Source: a virus (lineage: Duplodnaviria > Caudoviricetes). Taken from it: DNA of 25,625 nt. A model generated the notes under the pieces. That model was not told where the DNA came from. It worked only from the letters and a program-made list of their open reading frames with translations, and did no database searches. The position numbers and the translations under genes were made by a program. Positions 15,601-23,997 of the stretch are shown in pieces (position 1 is the first letter of the stretch; the number at the start of each line of letters is the position of its first letter). The stretch is from positions 1 through 25,625 of the IMG/VR virus record IMGVR_UViG_3300023180_000361; one strand, given 5' to 3'.

Positions 15601-16577
15601 GCACCTTTTGCGATAGCTGCCCCCAGGCCTTCACCTCCGAAATGGTAACTCGCTAGATTGGCAGTCGCCGGGTTAACCATGGAGAGAATTTGTGTCTCCA
15701 GTTCGCCAGCCGTTGAGACATCTTCTTCTGTGAAACCGGGTGACTGCTTCCAGTATCCCCCGGGCGCACCTGGCCCCGCAGAGAATCCGGTTGAGACAAA
15801 CTCGTTTGGTCTGGTTGCGCCAGACGCAACGAAAGATCCCACAACATCCCCGAGGATCGACGCTTCGCCTTCCTGGTATTTCACCTGATCTGCTAGCAGT
15901 TTATTCAGTGACCTGAATTTATTCCTGGCAGTCGTTTTTTCTGCCTCACTGAACTGCCCCCAGGTTTTCCGTTTCCGGCGACTCGCGCCAAACTTTGAAT
16001 ACCCGGCGGACTCACTCTCGTATCTGTCCAATGATTGAGCAAACCCAATGGATGCTCCCAAAACACCTAGTTCACTCGCACCACGTAGCGCACCTTCAGC
16101 GAGGGACGCAGAGATGCTTTGGTTGTCAGTATCCTGATCCTGGACCCAGTATCCCCCGGGCGCACCCGGCCCGGCGGAAACACCTGTTGGCACGAATCGA
16201 CCTTTAGGTGTGGCAGCAAACTTTGCCGTGTCCAATACACTCGTCGCATAATCCTTCACGATCGGGATCGCGGAGGAGATCATGCCGTCGATGACTTTGT
16301 ATGGATCGAACCCCTTCTCGATTGAGTATTCCAGGAATGTGTCAACCTGCTCGTCGGAGTATGCCCGGCCAGGGTTCTGCCTCATGGACTGATACAGACG
16401 TTCCGGATCGCCTGTCGAGAACCGATCGAACATGTCTCTCTCAGACAACACAACGTCATCGTCAGGCTCGACGTTTGATGCCGACATAATCTCTTCGATT
16501 GATATGTCGAATGAGTTCGTATCCTCCTCCTCGGAGGTCATAATGTCATCGATGTCGAGTGTTATATTATCTGCCAT
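9597..16577 (-). CDS. Giant internal virion / DNA-ejection polyvalent protein (~2,326 aa)
   Basis: Position of T7 gp16 / P22 gp16-like genes. Contains Gly/Ala-rich hydrophobic helices, HEGIH zincin motif (14634-14648), ASCH motif GEKTIETR (13026-13049) and an SP..N / K..NF / TVD.W / QE.LW domain. Start placed at MADNIT (16577). Confidence 0.85.
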   Translation of the reverse strand: MADNITLDIDDIMTSEEEDTNSFDISIEEIMSASNVEPDDDVVLSERDMFDRFSTGDPERLYQSMRQNPGRAYSDEQVDTFLEYSIEKGFDPYKVIDGMISSAIPIVKDYATSVLDTAKFAATPKGRFVPTGVSAGPGAPGGYWVQDQDTDNQSISASLAEGALRGASELGVLGASIGFAQSLDRYESESAGYSKFGASRRKRKTWGQFSEAEKTTARNKFRSLNKLLADQVKYQEGEASILGDVVGSFVASGATRPNEFVSTGFSAGPGAPGGYWKQSPGFTEEDVSTAGELETQILSMVNPATANLASYHFGGEGLGAAIAKGAMKKSGSSMIRSATSEAAGATGSGTAKVGKALEEVEQVTNKAKDLPFVGDPARSLSAFRGAVNRVSDMMSGLSRAIARKSDENVFLSMSRDTFVDPKNRKLAEKLGHGVFTDYPWLSPALRILSSPTKVMLAGMSRATGGALSGAGLSALTMDEEMIAQNIIGSGMIAFGGGAYDQAVWGNKQKVASAANNWLLKQTPEIQQKIKDRGFDDTQIARWAVFERFAQQMVLASTGEADVNFVYTDSSSFDTLFEYLRSEGLADNINLDNVTEYAEKIASNSAADKIPSLKRGVQFLNTRNGGKRPIALINVDEMTPTTIIHEGIHALGRLDVLQDYFRPIQEYINRKFTSEDLDKFYSDYMSRFEQSDEMLLRAYDERLADNYQTGTPEADPQFWKHARIKDEIMSDIWESFLTDKDPLYLTRADLKTDANKVAKPLGRLANVLATFMGYTGNPKVLSQTFRDRSGKAVDYGDNQLTAEINNLIKFQQRLKLDDDGKLIRGEVSESDSGTITDTSSLDAKSVPKNLLIAKLDEDGNYQFDARGKLVIEKNQKELRKKERLRKNFLRTVFQDQDYRPEAGWGNKVPMNWDPETEVISGDYIPDAALAKIRNAPRWLFPPSLIETMERVNESIRRGEPIVIDYNARLVPKGKTGAEYSSKIGSSLRTSIPFGLYISKAGNLLYNTVDLGHLSEKYVRIMQDPQRRKAITNLWSQEADPQATRAAFDRDLVQYLNNMANPDSSEGVLKGLGDPAIARKKANVLSAFLGFKKKDIQFRNNAQRQRILLEHLNPDRADNLIRGRRLDAINDVSPAQLERMPLNRNAYRRIQENFEPGEIGGFNVRNEDGVPFADLIANGEKTIETRTNTRLDSQVGRRLKIIRTTGVGSDARVVGEVTIGPRKFYATKEEFDADVDKHFVTDDSKFAFPETGKYGYEMIDPVKYQEPYPLTVNKGITTTRVVPGPRYEPGGMGALDTGEGAVIKRVQPPSMSNLVTLDKIREYISSSKVGNVKENVAFPEGVDVGLRLDIPAYERSIKSGDPVFPVSVHEKWAGKEAGRAGKIIGYTNIATVESPVFTINEVAAEKISKGAPKSTIATVEGKYVHTTNIPSDISAWTQVAMNPRRHSYFYDRATGSPVVGGDKAIVYGNTVFVQNPVFSSEDRFLFEPGQSSDLDSLVISESSVRKMDVGDKAKKQVGLSIADYPKNPVKDSVALPARLGVVNQNIAGVPKSYKEVLNIVKQQVDRIAAVRKEDPEFAKRSAGFYEDMAQVGMNVAESIRPVGRSQYDTADLIIRLIALGSPRSSVSSNASKSVRSFMSPFGTPAGYKLGMGTAQRGAQKTANDWHNGKHFDVLSEDAVGADDKVRNFYLNAMADLIDMARADGDQTEVKRLTKRVAQTLGLHKSGEMTQEIAEKTQTFLDGLATVDMWDMASKGYAHPAYIIKRGRKSGSDKPFQWSVPEQRERRRIDDPLFEKALKESPIMVTTDKGTQKTRPATSIMELDYQYARAFQIDGKRDWNKLSWEDRKAEGFDPDTEWSYYKRPDEGGLSPGGSGPVYDAQQTIDGLIADEMNLQGLAGFYGKEKLKARNAQEILWAVEKRDNPLLSNRNLELFGDRLNTFTETLKKMFAGEDWATNMDEKSARAIELINDTFNSVADQTIPIEVTSMGTSVEAKAIQSLEADLGVEAMTEAVADGLAEELQAAIDVAGGNALINVVRTGQGGYSEGGSANVAPNIVIGLRGDPSQTKTIMNALSLAWDQDGGNIIRPATLEERAAGTGMNTAIQFDTRKLDAAQKKAFYEDLAALKDAEGNTFLTGFTETPEGMFIGDQFYDGNMREAILENRDTILSISDKYDVPQYDITDIVIETFDRPVDEAGRNAVFETNETLARAVFALGKSRIDAAREKASKRSPGKVDERLDVVGRSRRIASETEGPMLKSRRDALLVRLSEPIDVMALDGLLEDKEAKAIKSDLKKLVSAIPLAKKAKKKPLKKPKKKVASKGDNKRGSQ
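15744..16196 (-). repeat. Internal duplicated peptide FV[PS]TG[VF]SAGPGAPGGYW[VK]Q
   Basis: 21-bp identical DNA ccagtatcccccgggcgcacc at 15750-15770 and 16146-16166, 396 bp apart. Confidence 0.9.
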
Positions 16578-17955
16578 TAGGAGTCCTGTATTCAGAAAGA
16601 GGTTTCGCACGTGTCTGCATGAATGCTCCGTTGTCCCAGATAAACACTCGTTCACCTGGTCTCACGATGCCACTGCGGATGTCCTGATAGAGGTTTTTGG
16701 ATGCTGCGTCTGCTGATCGGTAAACCATCGTCGGAGCGTTTGCGTATGCCTTCAGACGCTCGGAATACGTGTGAACTCTGTAACCATCGGAAGCCAGCCT
16801 ATCGAGCTTGTTGCGGATGCCCCGAGCGATCAGTGCTTGAGTCTGCGCCATCACCAGTTCATTTGCCTCCGGTGACTGCGATAGACTAGCGACAGTGCGT
16901 TTGTAGTTCTCGATGTCCTGGTCCGTCAAAACTCCGACCTCACCGAAAACGCCGCGAGCGAGCTTAGGAATAAGCTTTTGAACAGACGCTTTAAAATCAG
17001 ACGTTGATGCATCCTGTTGAGCCAGGCTCATCAGCGAGTCAACCAATGGTCCGATGCCCTTCCCTGTGGGTATATTGAGCGCATCCAATGCTCTGGAAGT
17101 GTCCTCGAGAAGTTCCATCGCGAGCATGGCATCCTCCACTGACTCGGTGTCGTTTTGGGACAACGCTTTTCCTGTGTATGATGCATCCAGCTTCGCATAA
17201 ATGTTCTTGTTGCTCGGATCGTTCACAAACTCGCGAGATCTCAGCATCTGACGCTCTTCAGGTGACATGTTGGACATGATTTCGCGTTCACCCTTCACGC
17301 CTTGAATAGCTCTCTCAGCTTTCTCGTAATCCTGAACAGACAAATCATACCCACTGGGTTCAATACCCAGTTTGCCCCACGTGATACCAGACTTTGACAG
17401 TTCGCCATTGATCTTGTTCCACCTCTTAAAGCCCATGATGCGGTCACGACCGGATGGTGTGTTTGGATCCGCATCGATGCCCCGTTCTGCCATCTGTTCT
17501 GCGAGCACTGCGAGATCTTTGCGACTCGCTTCTTTTCTCAGAAAGTCAACAGTGCCTTTTCGGTCTGCGTAGTTGGCAGCATAAACAGAATGGATGTTAT
17601 TCATGGACGCAGCGACATCCGGATGAACGACCTTTGCCCGGTATTCTGAAAACAGGTCTGCGTATGCGTTGACATCATCTGGATCCAGATCTTTGGCCTT
17701 CTTCACAAACTCGGAGAGAGCTATCTGGGATCCGTGCCGCTCCACAGCTTCGCGCTTTGACACCTCACGCTCCAACTCCATCTTCCGCTTGAGGCTTTGG
17801 ACCTGTAGTTGAGCCGCCTCATCGGCGACCTTAGCTCGAGCCTCGCTCTTCGCGTCGAGGTCCGCTTGACGTTCCTCCTGTCGCCGCGCCCGGGCATCGG
17901 CCCGGAGTTGTGCGGTCAGGTTTATCCCACTGTTAAATCCACTCGCAAAGCTCAT
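16567..17955 (-). CDS. Internal virion / ejection protein
   Basis: MSFASGFNSG N-terminus, charged coiled-coil region, LARGVFGEVGVLTDQD segment; middle of three internal-protein genes. Confidence 0.7.
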   Translation of the reverse strand: MSFASGFNSGINLTAQLRADARARRQEERQADLDAKSEARAKVADEAAQLQVQSLKRKMELEREVSKREAVERHGSQIALSEFVKKAKDLDPDDVNAYADLFSEYRAKVVHPDVAASMNNIHSVYAANYADRKGTVDFLRKEASRKDLAVLAEQMAERGIDADPNTPSGRDRIMGFKRWNKINGELSKSGITWGKLGIEPSGYDLSVQDYEKAERAIQGVKGEREIMSNMSPEERQMLRSREFVNDPSNKNIYAKLDASYTGKALSQNDTESVEDAMLAMELLEDTSRALDALNIPTGKGIGPLVDSLMSLAQQDASTSDFKASVQKLIPKLARGVFGEVGVLTDQDIENYKRTVASLSQSPEANELVMAQTQALIARGIRNKLDRLASDGYRVHTYSERLKAYANAPTMVYRSADAASKNLYQDIRSGIVRPGERVFIWDNGAFMQTRAKPLSEYRTPNGR

Positions 17956-17959
17956 ATTA

Positions 17960-18832
17960 TTAACCTACAATTGCCTTTCCGAACCCACTGACAAATGAAT
18001 TCTTAGAACCTTCCATCATTCCACCCAGCCCCCCTGTCAGACCAGTCATAGCGACTCCACCGACTGCTCCCAGAACCGTGTTCCATGGGTTGTTCTGAGC
18101 CTTCGCAATCGCGTTTTGTGACTGCTGTTGATAACTGTTCATCGCAAACTGTGTTGATTGTGCTCCCGCATTCGGATTGATACCAATGCCCTGTTGAATG
18201 CCCATTGGGTTGAAGGCAGCTGCCCCCTGCTGCGCTCCTGAGATCGCTCCAAACTGAGCGACTGGTGTCACCCCGGACAGGAAGCTGGCAGCGTTGGCCA
18301 ACCGCTGCTGACGAAGCCTGATCGCAGCATCTCCCAAAGCGAATGCTTCAGCCTGACCTGCGGCACTTCCCAGGATGTTTCCTCGCGCTGCTTGTGCTCC
18401 ACGCACACTTTGCTGAACCTGTGATCGCAGTTCATCACCGAGCCCATACCCCGCTTCCAGGTCTTTGATAGCCTCCTCGCCCAACATTTTTCTGACCTTC
18501 GTGCCGAGAGGATCGGACTGCTCGAGTTCTTTCATTCGTTGTGCGATAAATCGCTCACCGAATTTCTCCTGAGTGGAGATCTGTGCCTCCGCCAATGTGT
18601 CTGCTGACTCAGCCAAAAACTCCAACTGCTGCCTGGTCTGGTCGATGTCACCAAAACCCGTGAAATCGACAGTCTTTTCGTTGCCGTCCGGATCTGTATA
18701 GGTTGCTCGTGTCCCCATCCGGGCAGCGGCCTCAATCAGCTTTCTGACCGGGAGCGTCTCGATGTCTGCCTCTATGCCCTCACGGTTTGCTGCGGCATAG
18801 TCTGGTGGTGGTGGTGTTTTCGGTGATGACAT
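17960..18832 (-). CDS. Internal virion / DNA pilot-like protein
   Basis: PKTPPPPDY N-terminus, Ala/Gln-rich helices and a Gly-rich hydrophobic C-terminus (VLGAVGGVAMTGLTGGLGG). Confidence 0.7.
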   Translation of the reverse strand: MSSPKTPPPPDYAAANREGIEADIETLPVRKLIEAAARMGTRATYTDPDGNEKTVDFTGFGDIDQTRQQLEFLAESADTLAEAQISTQEKFGERFIAQRMKELEQSDPLGTKVRKMLGEEAIKDLEAGYGLGDELRSQVQQSVRGAQAARGNILGSAAGQAEAFALGDAAIRLRQQRLANAASFLSGVTPVAQFGAISGAQQGAAAFNPMGIQQGIGINPNAGAQSTQFAMNSYQQQSQNAIAKAQNNPWNTVLGAVGGVAMTGLTGGLGGMMEGSKNSFVSGFGKAIVG

Positions 18833-19227
18833 AAAAATCGCTTAAGTTGGTTGAATGTGTATTGCCTGAGTTTTCCTCCTCTGTGCGCCCAATAGGTCAT
18901 GTCAATAGCTCTGGGGTCAGACCTCTCAAATACGTCGAGCATATGATCAGCTGAGACACCGCAGATGGAGACCAGTTCGTGCAGATAAACATCCTGCCCA
19001 CTCCGATCCGAGCTTTGCCAAAATATCTTCTCAATGTCCCCGTCAAACTGATGGATTTGTTTGTAAACGCAGAACGAAGTGATCGCGCCGTCTGACTCCG
19101 TGACCATGAGTGTTCCATCGTTCGCGTGAAACTTGAGATGGTTGGCGATTTCTTCGTCGCTCCACCCGATATATACGCGCCCATTTCCGTGTCTTTTTGC
19201 AAAATCGATGACATCTTGAATCCTCAC
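18772..19227 (-). CDS. Hypothetical protein at the T7 gp13-like (GNAT-fold) position
   Basis: 151 aa between the nozzle and internal protein genes; assignment rests mainly on synteny. Confidence 0.55.
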   Translation of the reverse strand: MRIQDVIDFAKRHGNGRVYIGWSDEEIANHLKFHANDGTLMVTESDGAITSFCVYKQIHQFDGDIEKIFWQSSDRSGQDVYLHELVSICGVSADHMLDVFERSDPRAIDMTYWAHRGGKLRQYTFNQLKRFLCHHRKHHHHQTMPQQTVRA

Positions 19228-20930
19228 TTTTGACTGTCCATGGTCTCTAGGTATGCCCCCATGGTGACGTATCGCATCGCGATATAACGCTGCTCATTGT
19301 TGGTAAGCCCGGCTTCTGTTAGTTGTGTCTCCGGGCAGCTGGTCACACGCACCTGAAACTCTCTTCCAACATCGTTGCCGAGAAGCGATAGGTTGTGACG
19401 TATCACTCCTGGAGTCCCCAGGACAGAGGGCAGGATAAAATCCAACGTCAGGTCACCCGTCCCTGTCACAAGCAGTTGGCCCGATTCGATCGATTGAGGA
19501 TCCAAACCATCCACGATCAATTCCACGTTAACTCTCGCCTTCGACTTGAAGAACTCGAGTTCCGCAAAGTCGCATTGTTTAGGACTGATCGGATCATTGA
19601 ACGTCATCGCTCGGGTAACGATTTCAAACGGCACAGGCTGAAACGTCCCGTCAAGGTTGTCAGTGAAATCAGTCTCCACCGTGGCATCCTCGTCGATGTG
19701 GTCCCGGAGGTAGACGATGTTGTTGTAATTCGTGTCAGGCCAAATCAAGCGTCTACGACCGTTGAGTGGTTCATACACGTCGAACATGCTCGGCTTCCAT
19801 TCGGTCCAGATCCCGGCCCACGCTTTGGTGTTGGTATCGTAGACGATGGTCACATTTGGGACAGTAGAGTTGAGATACGGCACAGTAAGCATGTATCGAC
19901 CGCGCCAAAATGTGGCGCAGGATTTCTGTGCGTAAGACCAATTGATTTTCTCAATGATGTCCTGAATTGGCAGTGATAGAGGATCAGACGTTCCAATTTG
20001 ATCCTGTTGGTAAGCGGTCCCAATCGACCGAATGCCATCGCGGCTCAAAAAGAGGATGTCGTCACCAACTCGCACTGCGGACTTCTCAGCGAGACATCCA
20101 ACGCGATCTGAAACCATTTGGATCTCATAATTTGAGACTGTCAATGACGGGTCAGCATTAATTATGTGAACACTGTTTTCCTTTAAAACTGCGATCCTGA
20201 AATCCTTGAATGGAACCAGTGCAACCACTTTGTCCGATCGCCCATCACCTACCCGGAGGGAATTTGCCCCACCAGCGGGGAACACGTCACCCAAAGCGGG
20301 GTCACTTACATCCGGGAGGATGTCCGAGAAATGAACCTCATCGATGCCATTGGCGCAAACCAAACGAAACCTGTGCGCGGTCAGACACCGAACATCAGTA
20401 GGAGCGTCTGGATCAGTGACCTCGACGGCAACGTCATAGGTTGCGATTGAATCCACATCGTCCCAGATCGTGTTGCCGTCAGCGTCTACCAGTATGTCTT
20501 CACTACCGTTTTGGCGAACCGCGATGATGGACCCGTTGCTGTCAGTGAAAAACACTGCTCCGTTGATTTCTGTAACGCTGCACTTATGCGCCTGAACGGA
20601 GGAGTCGTAGACATCGTTGAATAGGATCCCCTGGACTGCTTCGGTGTGAAGGTAGACGTGCCCGTCAGCAAAAATCATCACCCCGTAGTCCCAGATCGGG
20701 GTCCGTAGGGCGATGATGGCATGAATGGTCCCATACACCTGAGTGTATAGGTAGTGAGCACCCCGGCGTGATTTAGTGATGCCGCTGGTCGAAAGCTCTA
20801 CGTTTTTTAGATAGGATGCGGACTGTTGGGGAATGGTGGATGCGCGACCATACGAGTTGACACCACCGATCAACGGTTGAGAGTCAAATGCCAAAGGATC
20901 ATCGGTTCCGTCATTGAAGTAAACTGGCAT
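19224..20930 (-). CDS. Tail nozzle / tubular protein B (P22 gp10-like DNA stabilization protein)
   Basis: 568-aa beta-rich protein with LKNVEL...KSRRG, VGCLAEKS...VGDDILFLSRDGIRS and PLSLPI motifs; follows the adaptor gene. Confidence 0.8.
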   Translation of the reverse strand: MPVYFNDGTDDPLAFDSQPLIGGVNSYGRASTIPQQSASYLKNVELSTSGITKSRRGAHYLYTQVYGTIHAIIALRTPIWDYGVMIFADGHVYLHTEAVQGILFNDVYDSSVQAHKCSVTEINGAVFFTDSNGSIIAVRQNGSEDILVDADGNTIWDDVDSIATYDVAVEVTDPDAPTDVRCLTAHRFRLVCANGIDEVHFSDILPDVSDPALGDVFPAGGANSLRVGDGRSDKVVALVPFKDFRIAVLKENSVHIINADPSLTVSNYEIQMVSDRVGCLAEKSAVRVGDDILFLSRDGIRSIGTAYQQDQIGTSDPLSLPIQDIIEKINWSYAQKSCATFWRGRYMLTVPYLNSTVPNVTIVYDTNTKAWAGIWTEWKPSMFDVYEPLNGRRRLIWPDTNYNNIVYLRDHIDEDATVETDFTDNLDGTFQPVPFEIVTRAMTFNDPISPKQCDFAELEFFKSKARVNVELIVDGLDPQSIESGQLLVTGTGDLTLDFILPSVLGTPGVIRHNLSLLGNDVGREFQVRVTSCPETQLTEAGLTNNEQRYIAMRYVTMGAYLETMDSQK

Positions 20931-21910
20931 CAGAATCCAAAATCATCACGGGTGTATGCCCCGTCTGGGTTTGGTTGAAGAACGCTCACGGCAGAAGACT
21001 GCCCCCTCTCCAGGTCTCGAACGATCTCGAGCAAACTGGACGCTTCACTAAATTTGATTTGTGCCTTCCCAAACTGCCTGGAACGCTCAAGCATGTCTCC
21101 CTCGGCAAACGCGATGAGAGCATTGTCAATACCACGGATCTGAGGTTCGTCGTAGTCGTTTCGAAGTGGACGAAGCCTTTTCTTACCGACCACAATCATA
21201 CACACCTGCTCACCTGAAACGTACTCAGGGACCAGACTCAGTCGTAGTCGGCACAGAGAATACCTCGTCTCCTCCGCCGGGATAACCTGGTCGGTAGCTC
21301 CGTTGGAGAATGTGATGGTCCCACTGGTCACAGGCTTTGAAACATAGTGGACCTCATCAAACTCCTGGGATCCGTATCGCGATGTGGTGCTGAGAACAAA
21401 TGTCTCGCTCACCGGGCGACCATCGAGGATGCCCTTGAAGTAAACTGTTTTGCCGTCATCGGCGGAACTGGATCGTGCTCTCAACATCACTCGAAACGGA
21501 TCCGATGAAGTAGACTTTCCGAACGCGATTGGCTCGATCTCGGTGTAGGAAGCTGGCACCCCCTCGGAGAACATTGCCTCCGGTTGAATCCGGACCAATG
21601 CCTGGAGATCACGGCAACTCATGAGAGTGGTTTCATACAGAACCGCGATTGGCCGGGCGATCTCGTAGGGCAGAGTAATCTCCTGCTCGTATGCGTAGGG
21701 GTTCACCGCATCCGTTGTGTACGGGTTGGAATCCGGACTGTCCTTTGTCGATAAACAGAACTGCTCGATCTTGATCGAGTCTTTCCATAGCCCGGTATCG
21801 TAGACCATCTCATGCCGTTGGCGAATGAAATCTTTGCAAATGGCAACGGAAGCGGAATCGGTTTTTCCAACTTTCTTACAAACGAAATCTGCTATGGATG
21901 CGAGTGTCAT
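20930..21910 (-). CDS. Head-tail adaptor / tail tubular protein A-like
   Basis: MTLASIADFVCKKVG N-terminal helix, ITLP..I..P and DEPQI...NALIA segments; immediately precedes the nozzle gene. Confidence 0.7.
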   Translation of the reverse strand: MTLASIADFVCKKVGKTDSASVAICKDFIRQRHEMVYDTGLWKDSIKIEQFCLSTKDSPDSNPYTTDAVNPYAYEQEITLPYEIARPIAVLYETTLMSCRDLQALVRIQPEAMFSEGVPASYTEIEPIAFGKSTSSDPFRVMLRARSSSADDGKTVYFKGILDGRPVSETFVLSTTSRYGSQEFDEVHYVSKPVTSGTITFSNGATDQVIPAEETRYSLCRLRLSLVPEYVSGEQVCMIVVGKKRLRPLRNDYDEPQIRGIDNALIAFAEGDMLERSRQFGKAQIKFSEASSLLEIVRDLERGQSSAVSVLQPNPDGAYTRDDFGF

Positions 21911-21911
21911 G

Positions 21912-23024
21912 CTACAAAATGCTAACAGTCCAAAAATGGCTTGAGCCTACAACAAAGGGGGTGCATGAAATCACTTTGCCTCGACCGATGTCTGCACTGT
22001 CTGTTATGTAATTCAGGACCGGGTTTGTTCCAGTGTCTTCGTTTTGAATGGAGAACAAATTTGCAGATGTGTTTTCGATTAAAATATCCAGCTTCTTTAC
22101 GCCTTCGATCAGATAAAATGCAGCATCCGGAAGCGTGACAGTGAATCTTCCTCCAGTCCAAACCCCCCCTCCGACGATGTCACATGTGTAAACAACAACG
22201 ACACCCGAATCCACTGACGCAGGGACAGTGTCAATCGTATGGGAAATGTTTGCAGTCGGACCTGCTGCGGTAACAGTTATCTGTGCCTCGAGCATCGATC
22301 CACCAGTGCTTAAGTCTGCCTTCGAGATTCGCTTCGTGGATCCGGTGGATGTGTCGTAGACGACCAGGTCATCGTCGTCCTGAATGGTTGATTGATTCAG
22401 TTGCTCAAGCGTGGGAATATTCAGGACACTCTCCTGTATCTCGGACCACAACATCCTTTTGGCAGTGGTTGTGCTCTTATCATAAACCATCACCTCATCG
22501 TCGGAGGCAATGTCGTTCGCGTCGATCAACCCGAGCCCGGTCATGGAGTTAAGCACCCCCTGAATCGTTGTGTGTTTGTTCACCCCGGCTACCGTGTCCT
22601 TGACCATCAGGAGATCACCGACAATTGGGTCTGTGTGCTCAACCAACCCACTTATCAATGTGTTCCCCAGGCTCGCGGATCCCAGCAAACCAAACGTCAA
22701 AGCGGTGTCGGCACCATTGCTGGTAAGCAGCATACCAGTTGTGCCCGGTGACAATTCCTCCCATGTACCCCCACTGCCTGACTGAATGATCGTGCCTGGC
22801 GCACTGGTCTCGCTGGAGATAATTCCCAATGAGACTGCTCCACTGGCAATGTGATTGGATGTGATTGCGCCATCCGCGATATGGCGCGACTCAATCACGT
22901 CATCCGAGAGCATCGATGATGTCACCGTGTCAGCACTGATGGTCGCATTGTTCACCATCGCGTTAAGCTTTGCAGCAGTGACCGTGTCGCCATCGCTGAA
23001 TACGTGTCCGGTAGTTAAACCCAT
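21912..23024 (-). CDS. Tail fibre / virion structural protein
   Basis: FSDGDTVTAAKLN start, IADGAITSNHIASGAV repeats and three D-x-[LV]-[MV]-V-x-D repeats. Confidence 0.7.
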   Translation of the reverse strand: MGLTTGHVFSDGDTVTAAKLNAMVNNATISADTVTSSMLSDDVIESRHIADGAITSNHIASGAVSLGIISSETSAPGTIIQSGSGGTWEELSPGTTGMLLTSNGADTALTFGLLGSASLGNTLISGLVEHTDPIVGDLLMVKDTVAGVNKHTTIQGVLNSMTGLGLIDANDIASDDEVMVYDKSTTTAKRMLWSEIQESVLNIPTLEQLNQSTIQDDDDLVVYDTSTGSTKRISKADLSTGGSMLEAQITVTAAGPTANISHTIDTVPASVDSGVVVVYTCDIVGGGVWTGGRFTVTLPDAAFYLIEGVKKLDILIENTSANLFSIQNEDTGTNPVLNYITDSADIGRGKVISCTPFVVGSSHFWTVSIL

Positions 23025-23025
23025 A

Positions 23026-23493
23026 TCAAATCAAATCCAAAAGTTTTCTGATGACCGGGAATGTCTTTTTGACTTTCTGATCCCTGACGATTCCCTTGAG
23101 CATGCCACTGACATCGATGTTGTTTTTCTTTAATTCCTCCTTGAACTGGTTCCCAGCATCGAGCGCACTTAGAGTCGCATCCTTATACTTTTTTGATCGG
23201 ATCGCTGCTCCAATCGTCAGCGTAGACATCACCAAAAATGTGACGAGCGAACCAAACGGGATCCCGATCTCGCCTGGAAGTTCCGCTGCTGCTCGGCTAC
23301 CAGATGAAACCACCCAGTTCGTCCGAGTTGTGACCACATCGATCGGGCCCATGGGAGTGTTTACCACGTTGGTGCTCGAAACGATTTGAGGAGTGTAGAA
23401 ACTATCCCCAATGCGTTTGAGTTGAGCGCACCCCGAGCCTAAAAAAAGAATCCCGATAACCCCAGCGACATACACATGAGTTTTAATTTTCAT
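23026..23493 (-). CDS. Putative lipoprotein with internal transmembrane segment (lysis or membrane-related)
   Basis: Signal-like N-terminus ending LFLGSG-C and a second hydrophobic stretch IPFGSLVTFLVMSTLTIGAAI; follows the holin candidate. Confidence 0.6.
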   Translation of the reverse strand: MKIKTHVYVAGVIGILFLGSGCAQLKRIGDSFYTPQIVSSTNVVNTPMGPIDVVTTRTNWVVSSGSRAAAELPGEIGIPFGSLVTFLVMSTLTIGAAIRSKKYKDATLSALDAGNQFKEELKKNNIDVSGMLKGIVRDQKVKKTFPVIRKLLDLI

Positions 23494-23662
23494 CTTTTTT
23501 GCGTTTATAATCGCGGTATGCGTGCATGACTTTGATTACGGCATACGCCAGTGACGCGAGCCCTATCCCGAGCTGGACGGCGATGTTGATCTGAGTCAGC
23601 GTGACGGTAACCCCGAGCAGACTCACGAACCCCAGTTTGGAATGCTCTGCCCAGTTCTGCAT
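23483..23662 (-). CDS. Putative holin (59 aa)
   Basis: Translated by hand: MQNWAEHSKLGFVSLLGVTVTLTQINIAVQLGIGLASLAYAVIKVMHAYRDYKRKKDEN. Hydrophobic segments plus a charged tail; TAATG-coupled to the upstream gene. Confidence 0.7.
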   Translation of the reverse strand: MQNWAEHSKLGFVSLLGVTVTLTQINIAVQLGIGLASLAYAVIKVMHAYRDYKRKKDEN

Positions 23663-23991
23663 TATTCGGAAGGTGCATCATCGGCAGGCTCATCCGTAGG
23701 TGCTGGCTCATCGGCTGGCACAACAGCAGCGTCAAATCCCGCCATAATATCAGCAACCGAATCCATTGTGATTTGGTTGGCCGCATTGTATGCAGCCACC
23801 GCATCGGACACCTGCATAAGCATGACTTCGGTGTTGGCACGGTTAACTGGTTCGTTCAATTCCTCACGTGCGTTCAGCAATGCTTTAGCTTTGCCGAGCA
23901 GTTGTAAGATGGTGCTTTTGCCGTTATCGGCTGCGAGCTGCGATTCAACGCCAGAGATTTGGCTTCTTAAGTAAGTAATTTTTGGGTCCAT
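23662..23991 (-). CDS. Hypothetical helical protein with acidic Pro-rich tail
   Basis: 109 aa directly after the tail fibre gene; tail PADEPAPTDEPADDAPSE. Confidence 0.7.
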   Translation of the reverse strand: MDPKITYLRSQISGVESQLAADNGKSTILQLLGKAKALLNAREELNEPVNRANTEVMLMQVSDAVAAYNAANQITMDSVADIMAGFDAAVVPADEPAPTDEPADDAPSE

Positions 23992-23997
23992 AGTGTT

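Noticed and set aside
16578-16655. N-terminal extension of the giant ORF to 16655
   Set aside because: It overlaps the upstream gene by 89 nt; MADNIT at 16577 gives a typical short overlap.
18772-18832. His-rich metal-binding tail (CHHRKHHHH) on the 151-aa protein
   Set aside because: It arises from out-of-frame reading of the CCA-repeat PKTPPPP codons of the overlapping next gene.
23505-23840. 111-aa minus-strand ORF from the ORF track
   Set aside because: It overlaps the better-supported 109-aa gene and 59-aa holin, which tile the region with coupled start/stop junctions.
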